Virus record (IMG/VR): IMGVR_UViG_2657245113_000001
Location: 123 to 64,122 of that record
Direction: 5' to 3' (one strand)
Length of the DNA stretch: 64,000 bases
DNA from: a virus
Lineage: Duplodnaviria; Caudoviricetes
The notes under the pieces were generated by a model. That model had not been told where the DNA came from and made no database searches. It saw only the letters and a program-made list of their open reading frames with translations. Positions 29,328 through 39,712 of this stretch are shown here, in pieces. Position numbers and translations under genes: made by a program. The first letter of the stretch is position 1; every line of letters begins with the position of its first letter.

Positions 29328-30236
29328 GTGAAACAAGCCCAGTTAAAAAATGCAATTATTTTTAAGGCAACTCTGCCTGAAGCTGAATTACTTTCAGGTC
29401 ACTTAAATGAAGTTCTATTTACTGCCATTGCCGAGAATGAAAAGAGCCGTGTTGGTTTTATTCCAAATATCATCACTGGTGAGCTAGTCACGCCGTTTAA
29501 TGGTGGGCTATCGGTTTCACTACGCATTGATGAAAAAATAATGCCATCTCATGTTATCAATAAAGAAGTAAACGAACGTGCTACTGTTATTGAATCACAA
29601 ACAGGTAAAAAACTTAAAAGAGCAGAACGAAATGCGGTCAAAGATATCGTTATCTCTGAGTTGTGCAAAAAAGCATTTGTTAAAACCACTGTCATTAACG
29701 CCTATTATAATATCGAACATGCTTTTTTAATTGTTGCAACTGGTAGTAAGCCTTTCGCCTCCTTGTTTGTTTCCTACCTAGTCAAGGCGGTAGGCTCCAT
29801 CAAGACTGAAACTATTCATATTAGTGATATCAAACATGGCCTCACCACTCGATTGAAAAGATTTACTAGCGACGAGAAAGATGCTTTTGATGGTTTCTAT
29901 ATTGGTGACTTTGTTCAGTTATCACGAAAAGGTGAGCAAAACGAAGTTATTAAATATGCCGCAGAAATTGACACAATAAAATCTGAACTCGCTGATAATT
30001 TAAATGATGGATTTATTGTTGACCAAATGTGTTTATGTACTGGTGACCTTTCATTTCTATTAACTGAAAACTTCCATTTCAAACGCATTAATACTCGTGA
30101 TGATGTTGAATACGATGATGAGGATGATATTCCCTATCGTTGGAGACATGAAGCAGCAGTGCTTACTATCTTCTTGACTGATGTTATTAACCGGCTGTGT
30201 GTTTTATTGAGTTATAAGCCTGTCGGAAAAGAATAG
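29328..30236 (+). CDS. rdgC: Recombination-associated protein RdgC (phage)
   Basis: KNAIIF, EKIMP..VI, KAF, FLLTENF.FKRI. Confidence 0.85.
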   Translation: MKQAQLKNAIIFKATLPEAELLSGHLNEVLFTAIAENEKSRVGFIPNIITGELVTPFNGGLSVSLRIDEKIMPSHVINKEVNERATVIESQTGKKLKRAERNAVKDIVISELCKKAFVKTTVINAYYNIEHAFLIVATGSKPFASLFVSYLVKAVGSIKTETIHISDIKHGLTTRLKRFTSDEKDAFDGFYIGDFVQLSRKGEQNEVIKYAAEIDTIKSELADNLNDGFIVDQMCLCTGDLSFLLTENFHFKRINTRDDVEYDDEDDIPYRWRHEAAVLTIFLTDVINRLCVLLSYKPVGKE

Positions 30237-30314
30237 TTCATCAATGAATTATAAATCGCCCATTAATTGGGTGATTGGGTAACTGTTACCTAAATTCAGG
30301 CTGAGGGTTATTTC

Positions 30315-30555
30315 ATGAATCCGATTCAATTTATCAGCAAGAACATTACACAGCAGCTTATGGATGAGGGCTATTCCTTACCTGTGGCTCAGGGGGGGGG
30401 CAAATGAAGCGGTTGACCTATATCGCCGTGCCTCTCAGCCAGCTACCCGCAGTCGTGGCATTTACGACGATTGCCTAAAGGTAGCTCTCAATTACGCAAA
30501 GATGAGCGGTGAAAAGGCTAAGCCGATAAAAACTGCCAAAAAGAAGAAAGCATAA
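30315..30555 (+). pseudogene. Conserved small phage protein frameshifted at a G9 tract
   Basis: MNPIQFISKN...VAQ joins GGANEAVDLYRR only with G8; G9 at 30392-30400. Confidence 0.6.
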
Positions 30556-30573
30556 ACCGTGGAGTTAATTTAA

Positions 30574-31107
30574 ATGTCATGCATAAAAACGTATCCAGAT
30601 TTGCTGCATTTTGATTATGCAGATCCAAAAGAAAGCAGTATCAGTATTAACGATATAGCCCAGGGCCTTTCCAATGAATGCCGGTTCGCGGGCCATATCC
30701 CTTATTTTTATTCTGTTGCCCAGCACTCATGGTTGGTTAGCCAGCTTGTTAGTCCTGAATTTGCATTGGAAGCACTGCTGCACGATGCAACAGAAGCATA
30801 CTGCAAAGATATCCCCTCCCCTTTAAAACGCTTACTGCCCGACTATAAAGCCATTGAGCGCAGTATTGATTTGGTTGTCCGGAATAAATTTGGTCTTCCA
30901 TCTGAAATATCACCAGAGGTTCACCATTTCGATTTAGTGATGTTGGCTACCGAGCGCTTAGAGCTGGATATAGATGATGGTGAGGTCTGGCCAATGTTGG
31001 CAGGAATTCCACCAGCTGATATTGCCATCTGCCCCATGTCACCTGGCCATGCCCGCGTTATTTTCTTGGCGCGCTTCAATGAGCTAACCGGGGCCACCCA
31101 ATCATGA
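30574..31107 (+). CDS. HD-domain phosphohydrolase (YfdR-like)
   Basis: RFAGH, YSVAQHS, LLHDA.EAY..DIPSPLK. Confidence 0.9.
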   Translation: MSCIKTYPDLLHFDYADPKESSISINDIAQGLSNECRFAGHIPYFYSVAQHSWLVSQLVSPEFALEALLHDATEAYCKDIPSPLKRLLPDYKAIERSIDLVVRNKFGLPSEISPEVHHFDLVMLATERLELDIDDGEVWPMLAGIPPADIAICPMSPGHARVIFLARFNELTGATQS

Positions 31108-31280
31108 TGTACGGCCTGTTTTTACTCGTCTGCTACACCTTCCAGCCGTGCCAGTACGAGCCACAAGGCTACGTCTATCCGGATGATAAGAACTGTATAG
31201 CCGACATCCAGCAACAAGGTCTGCCACCTGAATATGAATGCCTGCCAGTTGATGGCGTTCTCTATGCGAGGAAACAGTGA
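31104..31280 (+). CDS. DUF1482/YebW-like small protein
   Basis: Manual translation MMYGLFLLVC...VY.D..NC...ECLPV; overlaps both neighbours. Confidence 0.65.
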   Translation: MMYGLFLLVCYTFQPCQYEPQGYVYPDDKNCIADIQQQGLPPEYECLPVDGVLYARKQ

Positions 31281-31942
31281 TGAAACCAGATAACGACATC
31301 TTCAAATGCGATTGCGGCTTTACGTGGAAGCGTGGTTTTAGTGGTGCTCATTTTTGCGAACCACGGTACAGGGAAACTATTGCCAGCCTCAAAACTGACC
31401 TTAATGCGGCACTGAATGCCTGCACTCTGATCGCCGAGGCTTTGGGTATTACTGGCGCAGTAGCAGGTGACACCATTGCTCGGGTGCAGCAGCTGGTTGG
31501 CGAGAATACGGCGCTTACCGATAAGGCTGCCAGTGAATTATCAAATGCATGGTTGCTGCATCGCACCATGATGGGTGCACAAGCGGCTCTTTTCTGCGTT
31601 ACTCAAGGGAATTTAGGTCAAGCAAGGGAATGGCTTTGGGGTACTACTGACGAGGCTCAGTTGGAAATTCCAAACGGAATGGAGGTGAATGGATTACAAG
31701 GCTGGTTTGAGGAAAACATGGTTGATCATATAACTCACGCCAAGGCTGTAGAAATAATCAAATCGGAAGCCCCAGCTACCACTCAGGCGCTTAACGAGAT
31801 AGAGGCGCGGGCCATTGAAAACGCCTTGGATGCTCAGGTTGGAAAACAGGCGGTAACAGACGCATTGACAGGCAAGGCTTACTTGTGTGCCGCTGACCTT
31901 CGCCAGTTCGCCGCGAATCTGCGCGCGGGGAGGAAGGGATGA
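31277..31942 (+). CDS. Ead/Ea22-like early protein
   Basis: C.CG..W..G.SG.H.C, coiled coil, FAANLR. Confidence 0.6.
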   Translation: MMKPDNDIFKCDCGFTWKRGFSGAHFCEPRYRETIASLKTDLNAALNACTLIAEALGITGAVAGDTIARVQQLVGENTALTDKAASELSNAWLLHRTMMGAQAALFCVTQGNLGQAREWLWGTTDEAQLEIPNGMEVNGLQGWFEENMVDHITHAKAVEIIKSEAPATTQALNEIEARAIENALDAQVGKQAVTDALTGKAYLCAADLRQFAANLRAGRKG

Positions 31943-32235
31943 GCAACTCACCTAAATACCTGCATGCACCCGAAATCACTGACGAAGTTATTGCTGAAGC
32001 ATTCGAAGGTACCAATTTCGGGCGCACAGACTTTCGTCACTTCCTCGGCCATAGCGTGCTGAAACGCGCTTGTGACTGGCACTGCGGCTACACCATCACA
32101 GTCATAATGGTGAATCTTAAGTTAATAACCCCAAAAACTCTGAAGGTGACAAAGCTCGGAAAAATGTTCATTACCGACTGTTACTACGACGCTGGCAAGG
32201 CTGTTAAGCATAGCGAAATGGCGGTGCTGCAATGA
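31939..32235 (+). CDS. Hypothetical phage protein
   Basis: ORF with ATGA overlaps. Confidence 0.65.
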   Translation: MSNSPKYLHAPEITDEVIAEAFEGTNFGRTDFRHFLGHSVLKRACDWHCGYTITVIMVNLKLITPKTLKVTKLGKMFITDCYYDAGKAVKHSEMAVLQ

Positions 32236-32720
32236 ATAACATCAAAGAAATCATTGTTAGTCTCAAAACTAGGGTGGCATTAGCCGAATTGATTGGCCCC
32301 GACGAAATGATAGTTTCAGCTTCTGATTTGAGCGCACTGATAGCCCAACTAGAAGCGGCACACAAGCGTATAGCTGAATTGGATAACTCAGAAAGTCAGT
32401 TGATAAATAAGCGTGACCATGCCGAGTCAACAATAAACTCTATGTTCGTGGCTGTGATGAGTGAAAAGCCAGAATGGTCAAATATGTATCAATTTATCGA
32501 TGCTGTGGATGAAGTTGAAGATTTCGTGTCGATATTGAAGCAACGCGCAGAATCAGCAGAAGCAGCGTTATCAGCGGCAAACGAGAAGCTGAGTAAGCCT
32601 GTTGTTCTTCCGGAGGTGGTTGTCGTTAATATTTCTGGCAAATATCCGATTGAAGTCATGTACGCCTCTAAAGTTAAAACATTCATCAAAGCAGCCGGTT
32701 TCACAGTAGAGGGGGAGTGA
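32232..32720 (+). CDS. Ead/Ea22-like protein
   Basis: ALIAQLEAA.KRIAEL, PVVLP, AAGF.VEGE. Confidence 0.6.
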   Translation: MNNIKEIIVSLKTRVALAELIGPDEMIVSASDLSALIAQLEAAHKRIAELDNSESQLINKRDHAESTINSMFVAVMSEKPEWSNMYQFIDAVDEVEDFVSILKQRAESAEAALSAANEKLSKPVVLPEVVVVNISGKYPIEVMYASKVKTFIKAAGFTVEGE

Positions 32721-32944
32721 TGGCGACAATCGATATATCAAGAATAGGCGGGGAAGAACAGCGTATTGAAATAGTTCTACGCTTTGGTGTTGGCAAAACC
32801 ATCACGGCAATCATGTTGCCAGAGGATTTTGCACTGGCGATAACAGGTCGCAGCGAATTACCCGTAGATATCAAGCTGCGTCAAACATCAATTAGCCATG
32901 ATCGTTTGGGTCGCAAGCTGGTAGAGGGGAATGCAGATGCTTAG
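32717..32944 (+). CDS. Hypothetical phage protein
   Basis: ORF in early operon. Confidence 0.55.
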   Translation: MMATIDISRIGGEEQRIEIVLRFGVGKTITAIMLPEDFALAITGRSELPVDIKLRQTSISHDRLGRKLVEGNADA

Positions 32945-33247
32945 TGAAAAACAGTCATTCAACTGGCGCAAAAAGTTGTACAAAACACCCCAGGACTAAC
33001 CTCAAAAGAGGTCGCTTATCGCGTATCTCAAATCCGTCCTGCCAGAGTCGATGTGGTTAATAGAGCCCTAGAGCGTCTGAGCCTAAAAGGTGAAATTAAT
33101 CGAATCAAATCAACGAAAGGTGTAATAACCAATCACCCGAAACCTGAACAGTTCGGGATTACTCGAACTATGGCCTTTTTTAACAAAACTCTGTTAGAAG
33201 TGCGTAACAAATATAAGTTTGAATTAGAAAAGTGTATTGGCTCGTAA
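32937..33247 (+). pseudogene. wHTH-like phage protein, apparently frameshifted at an A5 run near its start
   Basis: ATG 32937 is out of frame with VIQLAQKVVQNTPGLTSKEVA...; one extra A restores it. Confidence 0.45.
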
Positions 33248-33306
33248 GTAGTTTTAGTCACGGCCTGTGTGCGGCTGGCCTTTAAATAAACAGTGTGGAG
33301 GTTCGT

Positions 33307-33513
33307 ATGATTAGTCTCGATTGCATCCCCATTAGTGCGTATTGCATTACCACAGGGGAAACGGTTGAAGCCATCAATAAGCGTGTTCAGCGTGGAGTAT
33401 GGCGTGAAGGCAGGCAGGTTTTAAAAGTTAATGGTGTTAAAGAACGTTGGATTGATCTTACGGAGGTTTCAAAGTGGGCGAGAGGGGATCGGCAAAGCTC
33501 CCAAGGGGCATAA
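33307..33513 (+). CDS. xis: Excisionase
   Basis: VP/IP.SAYC..TGET..AI.KR..RGVW.EG; directly before int. Confidence 0.8.
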   Translation: MISLDCIPISAYCITTGETVEAINKRVQRGVWREGRQVLKVNGVKERWIDLTEVSKWARGDRQSSQGA

Positions 33514-34664
33514 CTGTTCGTAGCCATAAGGCTGGGCAGACAATAAATATCACCTTCACATATAAAGGGGTTAAATGCCGTGAACCCCTTTCTAACATTG
33601 AAGTGACCCCAAAAAATATCAAATATGCTGAACGGCTTTTGGGTGAAATTCACAATAGAATAGAACGAGGCACCTTTAATTATGCTGACCAATTTCCCCG
33701 GTCGGTACGATTAAAGGTGTTTGGTAATAATCAAAGTTCAAAGCACATTAAAAAGTATCTGAATGAATACATTATAATTTGTGAAAACCGCAAATTATCA
33801 CCAGGCACAATTGCCGGTTATAAGAAGTGTATGAGCGCCTTATCCAGCCTGCATGAAGTTAATGTCTCAGACCTTACGCCCGCAATGGTTAAAAACTGGA
33901 TACAAGGCCAAAAGGTAGCACTGAAAACTATCCGCAATAGATTATCGTTCTTAGGCTCCGCAATAGATGAAGCGGTAACGGATGGTTTACTACCGGCTAA
34001 TCCGGTTTCTCTTGTTTCAGCTTCCCGCTACCAAGGCGAAAATGTCAGATTAGAAAGTGAATATGTGGTTGATCCTCTTTCACCAGATGAGGCCAAAGCA
34101 ATCCTATCTACAGCGATGAATGCTCAATGGGAAAACCTTTTTAGATTTGCTTTACACACTGGAATGAGAAGTTCCGAATTATGCGCGATAAGGTGGCAAG
34201 ACCTCGATCTCATCGGGAATACAGCTCATGTAATAACGGCAAGTGTAGAGGGAGTGATTAAGGGGACTAAAACTAAAGCAGGACGAAGAAAAATAGAATT
34301 AGACTCCGAAGCATTGCTGGCCATCAAAAATCAGAAGCCCTTTACCTTTATGCTCAATGAGTTTGTTTTTCATGATCCGAAAACGAATGAGGCTTGGGCC
34401 GGTGCTGATGCGATCAGAAAAAAAGCGTGGGTGCCAACTTTGAAAAAGGCTGGTGTCCGGTACCGAAATCCATATCAGACCAGACATACGTTTGCCACGA
34501 TGCATATTAGCCAGGGCGCAAACCTCTTCTGGCTAGCAGGACAGATGGGCCACAAAGGGCCGGAGATGTTATTCCGGCATTATGGTTCGTTCCTGAAGGA
34601 ATACAGTGGAATGACAGAGGAAGTACACCAAAAGAGCCGCACAGGATACGCGCCAGAAAAATAA
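33474..34664 (+). CDS. int: Prophage tyrosine integrase (Arm-binding/DUF3596 type)
   Basis: TGMR.SE, YQTRHTFA, QMGH, HY. Confidence 0.93.
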   Translation: MGERGSAKLPRGITVRSHKAGQTINITFTYKGVKCREPLSNIEVTPKNIKYAERLLGEIHNRIERGTFNYADQFPRSVRLKVFGNNQSSKHIKKYLNEYIIICENRKLSPGTIAGYKKCMSALSSLHEVNVSDLTPAMVKNWIQGQKVALKTIRNRLSFLGSAIDEAVTDGLLPANPVSLVSASRYQGENVRLESEYVVDPLSPDEAKAILSTAMNAQWENLFRFALHTGMRSSELCAIRWQDLDLIGNTAHVITASVEGVIKGTKTKAGRRKIELDSEALLAIKNQKPFTFMLNEFVFHDPKTNEAWAGADAIRKKAWVPTLKKAGVRYRNPYQTRHTFATMHISQGANLFWLAGQMGHKGPEMLFRHYGSFLKEYSGMTEEVHQKSRTGYAPEK

Positions 34665-34702
34665 TAAAAATAAGCATTCTCTAACAATAAGTTAGGAGAT
34701 TA

Positions 34703-34735
34703 CGGACGCGGGTTCAAATCCCCCCAGCTCCACCA
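34703..34735 (+). other. ssrA: Duplicated 3' end of tmRNA: prophage attR / island attL
   Basis: CGGACGCGGGTTCAAATCCCCCCAGCTCCACCA; upstream sequence is not tmRNA, so this is a fragment only. Confidence 0.88.
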
Positions 34736-34900
34736 CTTTTAGTTTTACCGAAGTATAGTAAAGTCTACTAAGCCCGCATGGAACCAGCCTTGCGGGCTTT
34801 TTTACGTCTATAGTAGTCTACTGAGAATTGCTAGAAACCACTACTTATGGCACCCTCCTTGGGACCCAACACAAAGGGTCCAAAACTTGAGGGTCCCAAA

Positions 34901-36130
34901 ATGGCAAAACTCGCAAAAAAACTCACAGATACTGAGATCAAAAGCACTAAACCTGCAGACAAAGAAATCAACTTGTTTGACGGTGATGGCTTAATGCTAA
35001 GAATCGCGCCCCTCTCAAGGGGTGGTAAGAAAAATTGGTATTTCAGGTATGCAGTGCCAGTAACTAAAAAGCGAACAAAGGTAAGCCTCGGAACCTACCC
35101 CCACCTCACGTTAGCAAGAGCAAGAGCTTTGCGGGATGAATACCTATCTTTACTTGCCAATGGCATCGATCCACAAGTCCATAACAACGATAAAGCTAAT
35201 GCATTAAAGGATGCTACTGGGCACACGCTACAAGCCGTTGCTCGAAAGTGGTTAGATGAGAAGGTAAAGACATCTGGTATATCCAAAGACCATGCAGAAG
35301 ACATCTGGCGTAGTCTTGAACGAAATATCTTCCCCGGATTAGGCAATGTTCCTATCAAAGAGATCCGGCCTAAGTTATTGAAGCAGCATCTTGACCCAAT
35401 TGAACAACGCGGTGTATTGGAAACCCTGCGCCGAATTATTTCCCGCCTAAATGAAATCTTCCGCTGGGCAGCGACAGAAGAACTTATTGAGTTTAATCCT
35501 GCTGATAACCTTGGTCAGCGTTTTAGTAAACCTAAAAAGCAAAATATGCCCGCCCTTCCCCCAAGTGAACTACCAAGATTTATGGTTGCTCTGGCGAATG
35601 CTTCCATACGGCTGGAAACACGTATGCTAATTGAATGGCAGTTGCTTACTTGGGTTCGCCCCGGAGAGGCAGTTCGTGCGCGTTGGGCTGACATCGATAC
35701 AGAAAACAAAATCTGGAACATCCCCCCTGAATTTATGAAGATGAAACGTCTTCATAAGGTGCCGCTCAGCAAAGAAGCTCTCCGTATACTAGAAAATATG
35801 CAGCCTATCAGTAGCCATCGTGAATGGGTATTTCCCAGCATAAAAACGCCGCTGACCCATATGCATGAGCAAACAGCCAATGCAGCGTTAATCCGTATGG
35901 GTTTAGGTGGTGAATTGGTTGCCCACGGTATGCGATCTATCGCAAGGACAGCAGCAGAGGAATGCGGTAAATTCAGAACGGAAGTTCTTGAATCAGCTTT
36001 GGCTCATACCAAAAGCACTGAGATTATAGCCGCTTACAATCGTGCAGAGTATCTCGTCGAAAGAGCAGATCTTATGCAATGGTGGGGGGATTATATTCAA
36101 GTGCAGAAACATAAGGCTATTGCTGCGTGA
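34901..36130 (+). CDS. int: P4/CP4-57 IntA-type integrase
   Basis: LFDGDGL, LGTYP..TLA.AR, RPGEA, HGMRS, LAH, AYNR. Confidence 0.95.
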   Translation: MAKLAKKLTDTEIKSTKPADKEINLFDGDGLMLRIAPLSRGGKKNWYFRYAVPVTKKRTKVSLGTYPHLTLARARALRDEYLSLLANGIDPQVHNNDKANALKDATGHTLQAVARKWLDEKVKTSGISKDHAEDIWRSLERNIFPGLGNVPIKEIRPKLLKQHLDPIEQRGVLETLRRIISRLNEIFRWAATEELIEFNPADNLGQRFSKPKKQNMPALPPSELPRFMVALANASIRLETRMLIEWQLLTWVRPGEAVRARWADIDTENKIWNIPPEFMKMKRLHKVPLSKEALRILENMQPISSHREWVFPSIKTPLTHMHEQTANAALIRMGLGGELVAHGMRSIARTAAEECGKFRTEVLESALAHTKSTEIIAAYNRAEYLVERADLMQWWGDYIQVQKHKAIAA

Positions 36131-36543
36131 TAGTGATGCGCTCCTATTATTCCAACAAAGAAAGTTTGCGTTAAATGAGTAATCATACCCAAGCAGAAGT
36201 ATGTGGTTGTGCTTTCCGTTCTAAGACTTGTAGCATATTGTGATTGAATCAAGTTTGTGGTCAAAGAACGCCAAATAATCCATCCGCGTCATACAGCTTA
36301 TATGGGTGCAAGCATCTTGACTTGCGCAGGCCGATGATGCGGTGGTGGGGGAATTTAATCGGGATGGGATCATTAGGCCGTTTGAATTTGCTCATAAGTA
36401 GTAATCAATATATACAAGAACATATCCTTCATGATAAGAATATACCGAAGACATAGTATATGTAGCTTCACTATTTTCGGTTGTTAGAAATTGATTTAAG
36501 CATAAAAATATATACCATAAAGTTATACTATATTATTTAACTT

Positions 36544-37596
36544 TCAATTTAATCCACTAACAAGCTTGGTTTTTAATAGACTTTTAGCGTGAGCCTTAAT
36601 AAAAGGTGGAGGCAATGCATTACCTATCATAAGAGCAATAGCGCCTTTCCCATGTTTTATATTAAATAAATAATCCACAGGAAACCCTTGCAATACAGCT
36701 GCTTCTCTTAAACTAATGACTCGATCTTCAGTTGGATGTAAGAATCGACCTTTGGATGGATTATTACATCCACTTGTAATTGTTGGAGAAACATCGTCCC
36801 AAGACATACGTCCATACACATCAAAAAAACCTGATACCTTTTTATGGCATGCTAAATGATATTCCTCAGGTAAATCAGTTCTACTCCCCCCATTTCTAGG
36901 AATATGCTTTATAATGTTCATAACATGCTGTGAACGATTTTCTTTTAAATAATGAAGAGGATCGTTGTTAGCAATTTTTAATTCAATATTAAAAATAGCC
37001 TCACGAATATTAACAATCTTCTTATTTTTTTCGGCCAAGTTCGGTTTATGACCTTTACAAGCTAAAAGTATTAATCTTTTTCTCCGCTGTGGCACACCAT
37101 AGTCAGAAGCATTTAAAACATCAAAAGTAGACAAATAGCCATTAGAATCTAAAAACTGTAAAAGTTTATTAAATCGGCCATCTGATACTAAATTAGGTAC
37201 ATTCTCAAGCATAACCATTTTTGGTTTCATAACCTGAATGAAACGTATAAATTCGAAAATAAGATCATTTCTGCAATCTTCAATCGAAGAAATTTTATTT
37301 TTGGTTCTCAAACGGGAAAATCCTTGGCATGGAGGGCATCCGGCCAATAAAGTTAATTCTCCCGGATTCATATTTAGATCATGGAGAATTTTATTAGGAT
37401 CTAAACTTCGAACATCTGCATGATACATTAAGGAATGGGGATGGTTCTGTTCATATGTTTCTTTTGCCTTAAGATCAATTTCTATTGCTGCCTTAACACT
37501 AAAACCTGCTTGTAATAGTCCTTGGCTTAATCCACCACAACCACTAAACATATCTAATGCAGTGATTTCTATCCTATTTTTAGGTAATTGTGACAT
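36544..37596 (-). CDS. DNA cytosine-5 methyltransferase
   Basis: FSGCGG (I), PPCQGFS (IV), ENV (VI), QRRKR (VIII), GNA (X). Confidence 0.95.
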   Translation of the reverse strand: MSQLPKNRIEITALDMFSGCGGLSQGLLQAGFSVKAAIEIDLKAKETYEQNHPHSLMYHADVRSLDPNKILHDLNMNPGELTLLAGCPPCQGFSRLRTKNKISSIEDCRNDLIFEFIRFIQVMKPKMVMLENVPNLVSDGRFNKLLQFLDSNGYLSTFDVLNASDYGVPQRRKRLILLACKGHKPNLAEKNKKIVNIREAIFNIELKIANNDPLHYLKENRSQHVMNIIKHIPRNGGSRTDLPEEYHLACHKKVSGFFDVYGRMSWDDVSPTITSGCNNPSKGRFLHPTEDRVISLREAAVLQGFPVDYLFNIKHGKGAIALMIGNALPPPFIKAHAKSLLKTKLVSGLN

Positions 37597-37609
37597 TTTA
37601 ACTCCAAGA

Positions 37610-39409
37610 TTATACTGCAAGTAACCACTCATTAAGCTTATCGACTATTTTAATCAAATTAGGATTATTGTCATCCATTTTATTTAGATAATGCACAGCT
37701 ATTCCCGATAACTGCTGAGAATTTAAATCCTCCCCCCCTGCTTCACGACGAAATCTTTCTTTATATTCTTGAGATGTAGGATATTCATCCATAATTCCCA
37801 TTGCGTTCAATACTATTGCATCAGGACATTTTAAAGGTAAATAATCTAGTTGACTGCGAATCCAGCTTAAATAATCTAGTTTTTTACGAATCCTATCTTT
37901 ATTTATCCCCTCAGAATCATTACCACCATTAATAAGAAGTTTTGGCACACAACCAATATTTGATTTTAATATATCATCTAAATTTTCATATTCCGATGGC
38001 GAAACTGTTTGAGGATTAGTAAATTCTTCAACATATTTTTTATCCCCATCTAAATATACGAAGCTATTTAGACCTGCCAGAATAAGCACTGGTATTTGAT
38101 AAACTAAAATGGAGTCAGAGCCGCCTTCGGCTACCATTACTTCAAATGTATCGGCATCCCCTTTGTCTAAAATCTTCATGGCCCTGTCTATAACATTTTT
38201 AGCCATAATATCTTCAACATAGATTCTACGCTTTGAAGTTGTAGACTTACCAAGACGGTGTAATGCCACATAAGGGGAGCAACTATTAATTATCCGAGTT
38301 TTATTTTCCCCATTATCCTCTAAAACTTTTATCGCATCATAAGGAATATTTTCAATAAGATCCATTGAGTGAGTAGATACAATAACTTGTAGTTTCTTAA
38401 TTATTATCAAATGCAATATAAATTTTAAAAGCTCTTTTTGTGCTCCGGGATGCAAAGATGTTTCAGGTTCATCTAAAAGAACAAGCGAATAATCTTTACA
38501 GGATAAAAGCTTAATAACAATGCTTACTACCGAAAGTTCTCCACTACCAGCGTATGCTTCTGAATATTTAATCCCCCGATCAAAAATCACGCTTACATCT
38601 TCACCTTCTTGTTTAGGGTAAAGAGAATGTCTTATATATTGTGCAGAAATGTAATCTCTGCCTAAAATAGATGAAATAAACTTCAATTCATTATCACTTA
38701 ACATCCGATTTTCAAAAACACGTTCTCTTCCACCTCCGAGAGACCAACTGTTAACATTTCTATCAACTACCCTACGTAGCCTCTTTGAGCCATTTAACAT
38801 CTCTTCATTTTTTTTACTTTGGCCTTTTTTTAACGAAGTAAAATCTTCACCTAAATGCATTGTCCTATCAAATGCACCTATAATCATTTTTAGGTTTAAA
38901 TAAAGAACATCTTTTTGAACAGGATTCCAACGGTCAGAAGATTTTCTTGGAAAGTTATCAACAGGCATATCAACCATGCCATCACCTTTGCTTACTTTCG
39001 TCGGCTCCCAAACCTCATAACTTCGAGTATCCCTTTTTACTAATGATTTTCTTGTTTCAACAATGCTGTTATATTCAGTATGCCAATGACCATATACATA
39101 TCGAGGTGGATTTTTATTAACTGAAAGAATAGGATCTAGTGCTGTTGAAAACCAAAACTTTGAAGTGCTGTATCCCTCAGGCATTCCGAAAAGTGCATGG
39201 AGGATAGAGCTTTTACCTATTCCATTCGCACCAACTAATGCGGTAAATGGAAAATTGAAATCAACTCTTGCAAAATTTTCAAGCCCTTTAAAATTAGGAA
39301 ACCTAGCATGCGTTATATAATTTTTGAAAAAACTATTTTTATCTTTTGATTTTATTTCTGAGACTAGCTCTTGAATACTATATTTCTCTAATGGTTTTTT
39401 CTTAGCCAC
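37610..39409 (-). CDS. ABC-type ATPase fused to TOPRIM domain (OLD/PARIS-like nuclease)
   Basis: GANGIGKS, AGSGE, LLDEPE, STHS; C-terminal IYVED, GG, YLDGD. Confidence 0.85.
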   Translation of the reverse strand: MAKKKPLEKYSIQELVSEIKSKDKNSFFKNYITHARFPNFKGLENFARVDFNFPFTALVGANGIGKSSILHALFGMPEGYSTSKFWFSTALDPILSVNKNPPRYVYGHWHTEYNSIVETRKSLVKRDTRSYEVWEPTKVSKGDGMVDMPVDNFPRKSSDRWNPVQKDVLYLNLKMIIGAFDRTMHLGEDFTSLKKGQSKKNEEMLNGSKRLRRVVDRNVNSWSLGGGRERVFENRMLSDNELKFISSILGRDYISAQYIRHSLYPKQEGEDVSVIFDRGIKYSEAYAGSGELSVVSIVIKLLSCKDYSLVLLDEPETSLHPGAQKELLKFILHLIIIKKLQVIVSTHSMDLIENIPYDAIKVLEDNGENKTRIINSCSPYVALHRLGKSTTSKRRIYVEDIMAKNVIDRAMKILDKGDADTFEVMVAEGGSDSILVYQIPVLILAGLNSFVYLDGDKKYVEEFTNPQTVSPSEYENLDDILKSNIGCVPKLLINGGNDSEGINKDRIRKKLDYLSWIRSQLDYLPLKCPDAIVLNAMGIMDEYPTSQEYKERFRREAGGEDLNSQQLSGIAVHYLNKMDDNNPNLIKIVDKLNEWLLAV

Positions 39410-39712
39410 TTTTAAGTCCCTAAGTTATCATTTAGCGTGAATAGTTTCGTATCTTTTCAAGCATATGTAGCCATTTAATTAGGCTGCAAAAACGCGTCGG
39501 TATACTATTAAATTATATCACTTATATGATAAGTGCAAAGCAAAATATCACCACAGTCAATAAACGGCAAGCAATTGTTTTTAAATAACTTTATTTCATT
39601 TCTCATCAAAGAAATGTAAGGTAAATCACTATACCAAGTAAAAGAAAAGTTAACTTTCACTAAAAAAATCTAACCAAGGATCAATAATATACATGGATTA
39701 TTATCCATTAGC

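Larger units (their letters stand above)
1..34735. mobile_element. SfV-like temperate prophage (HK97-type head, Mu-like contractile tail); left end outside window
   Basis: Ordered tail-head-terminase-lysis-Q-replication-cI/cro-early-xis-int modules ending at an ssrA 3'-end duplicate. Confidence 0.95.

Noticed and set aside
34703-34735. Intact tmRNA or tRNA gene
   Set aside because: Only the T-arm/acceptor 3' end is present; upstream is the phage integrase end, so it is an att duplicate.
36130-39700. Retron associated with the ATPase-TOPRIM gene
   Set aside because: No reverse transcriptase ORF (no YADD-type motif) nearby.
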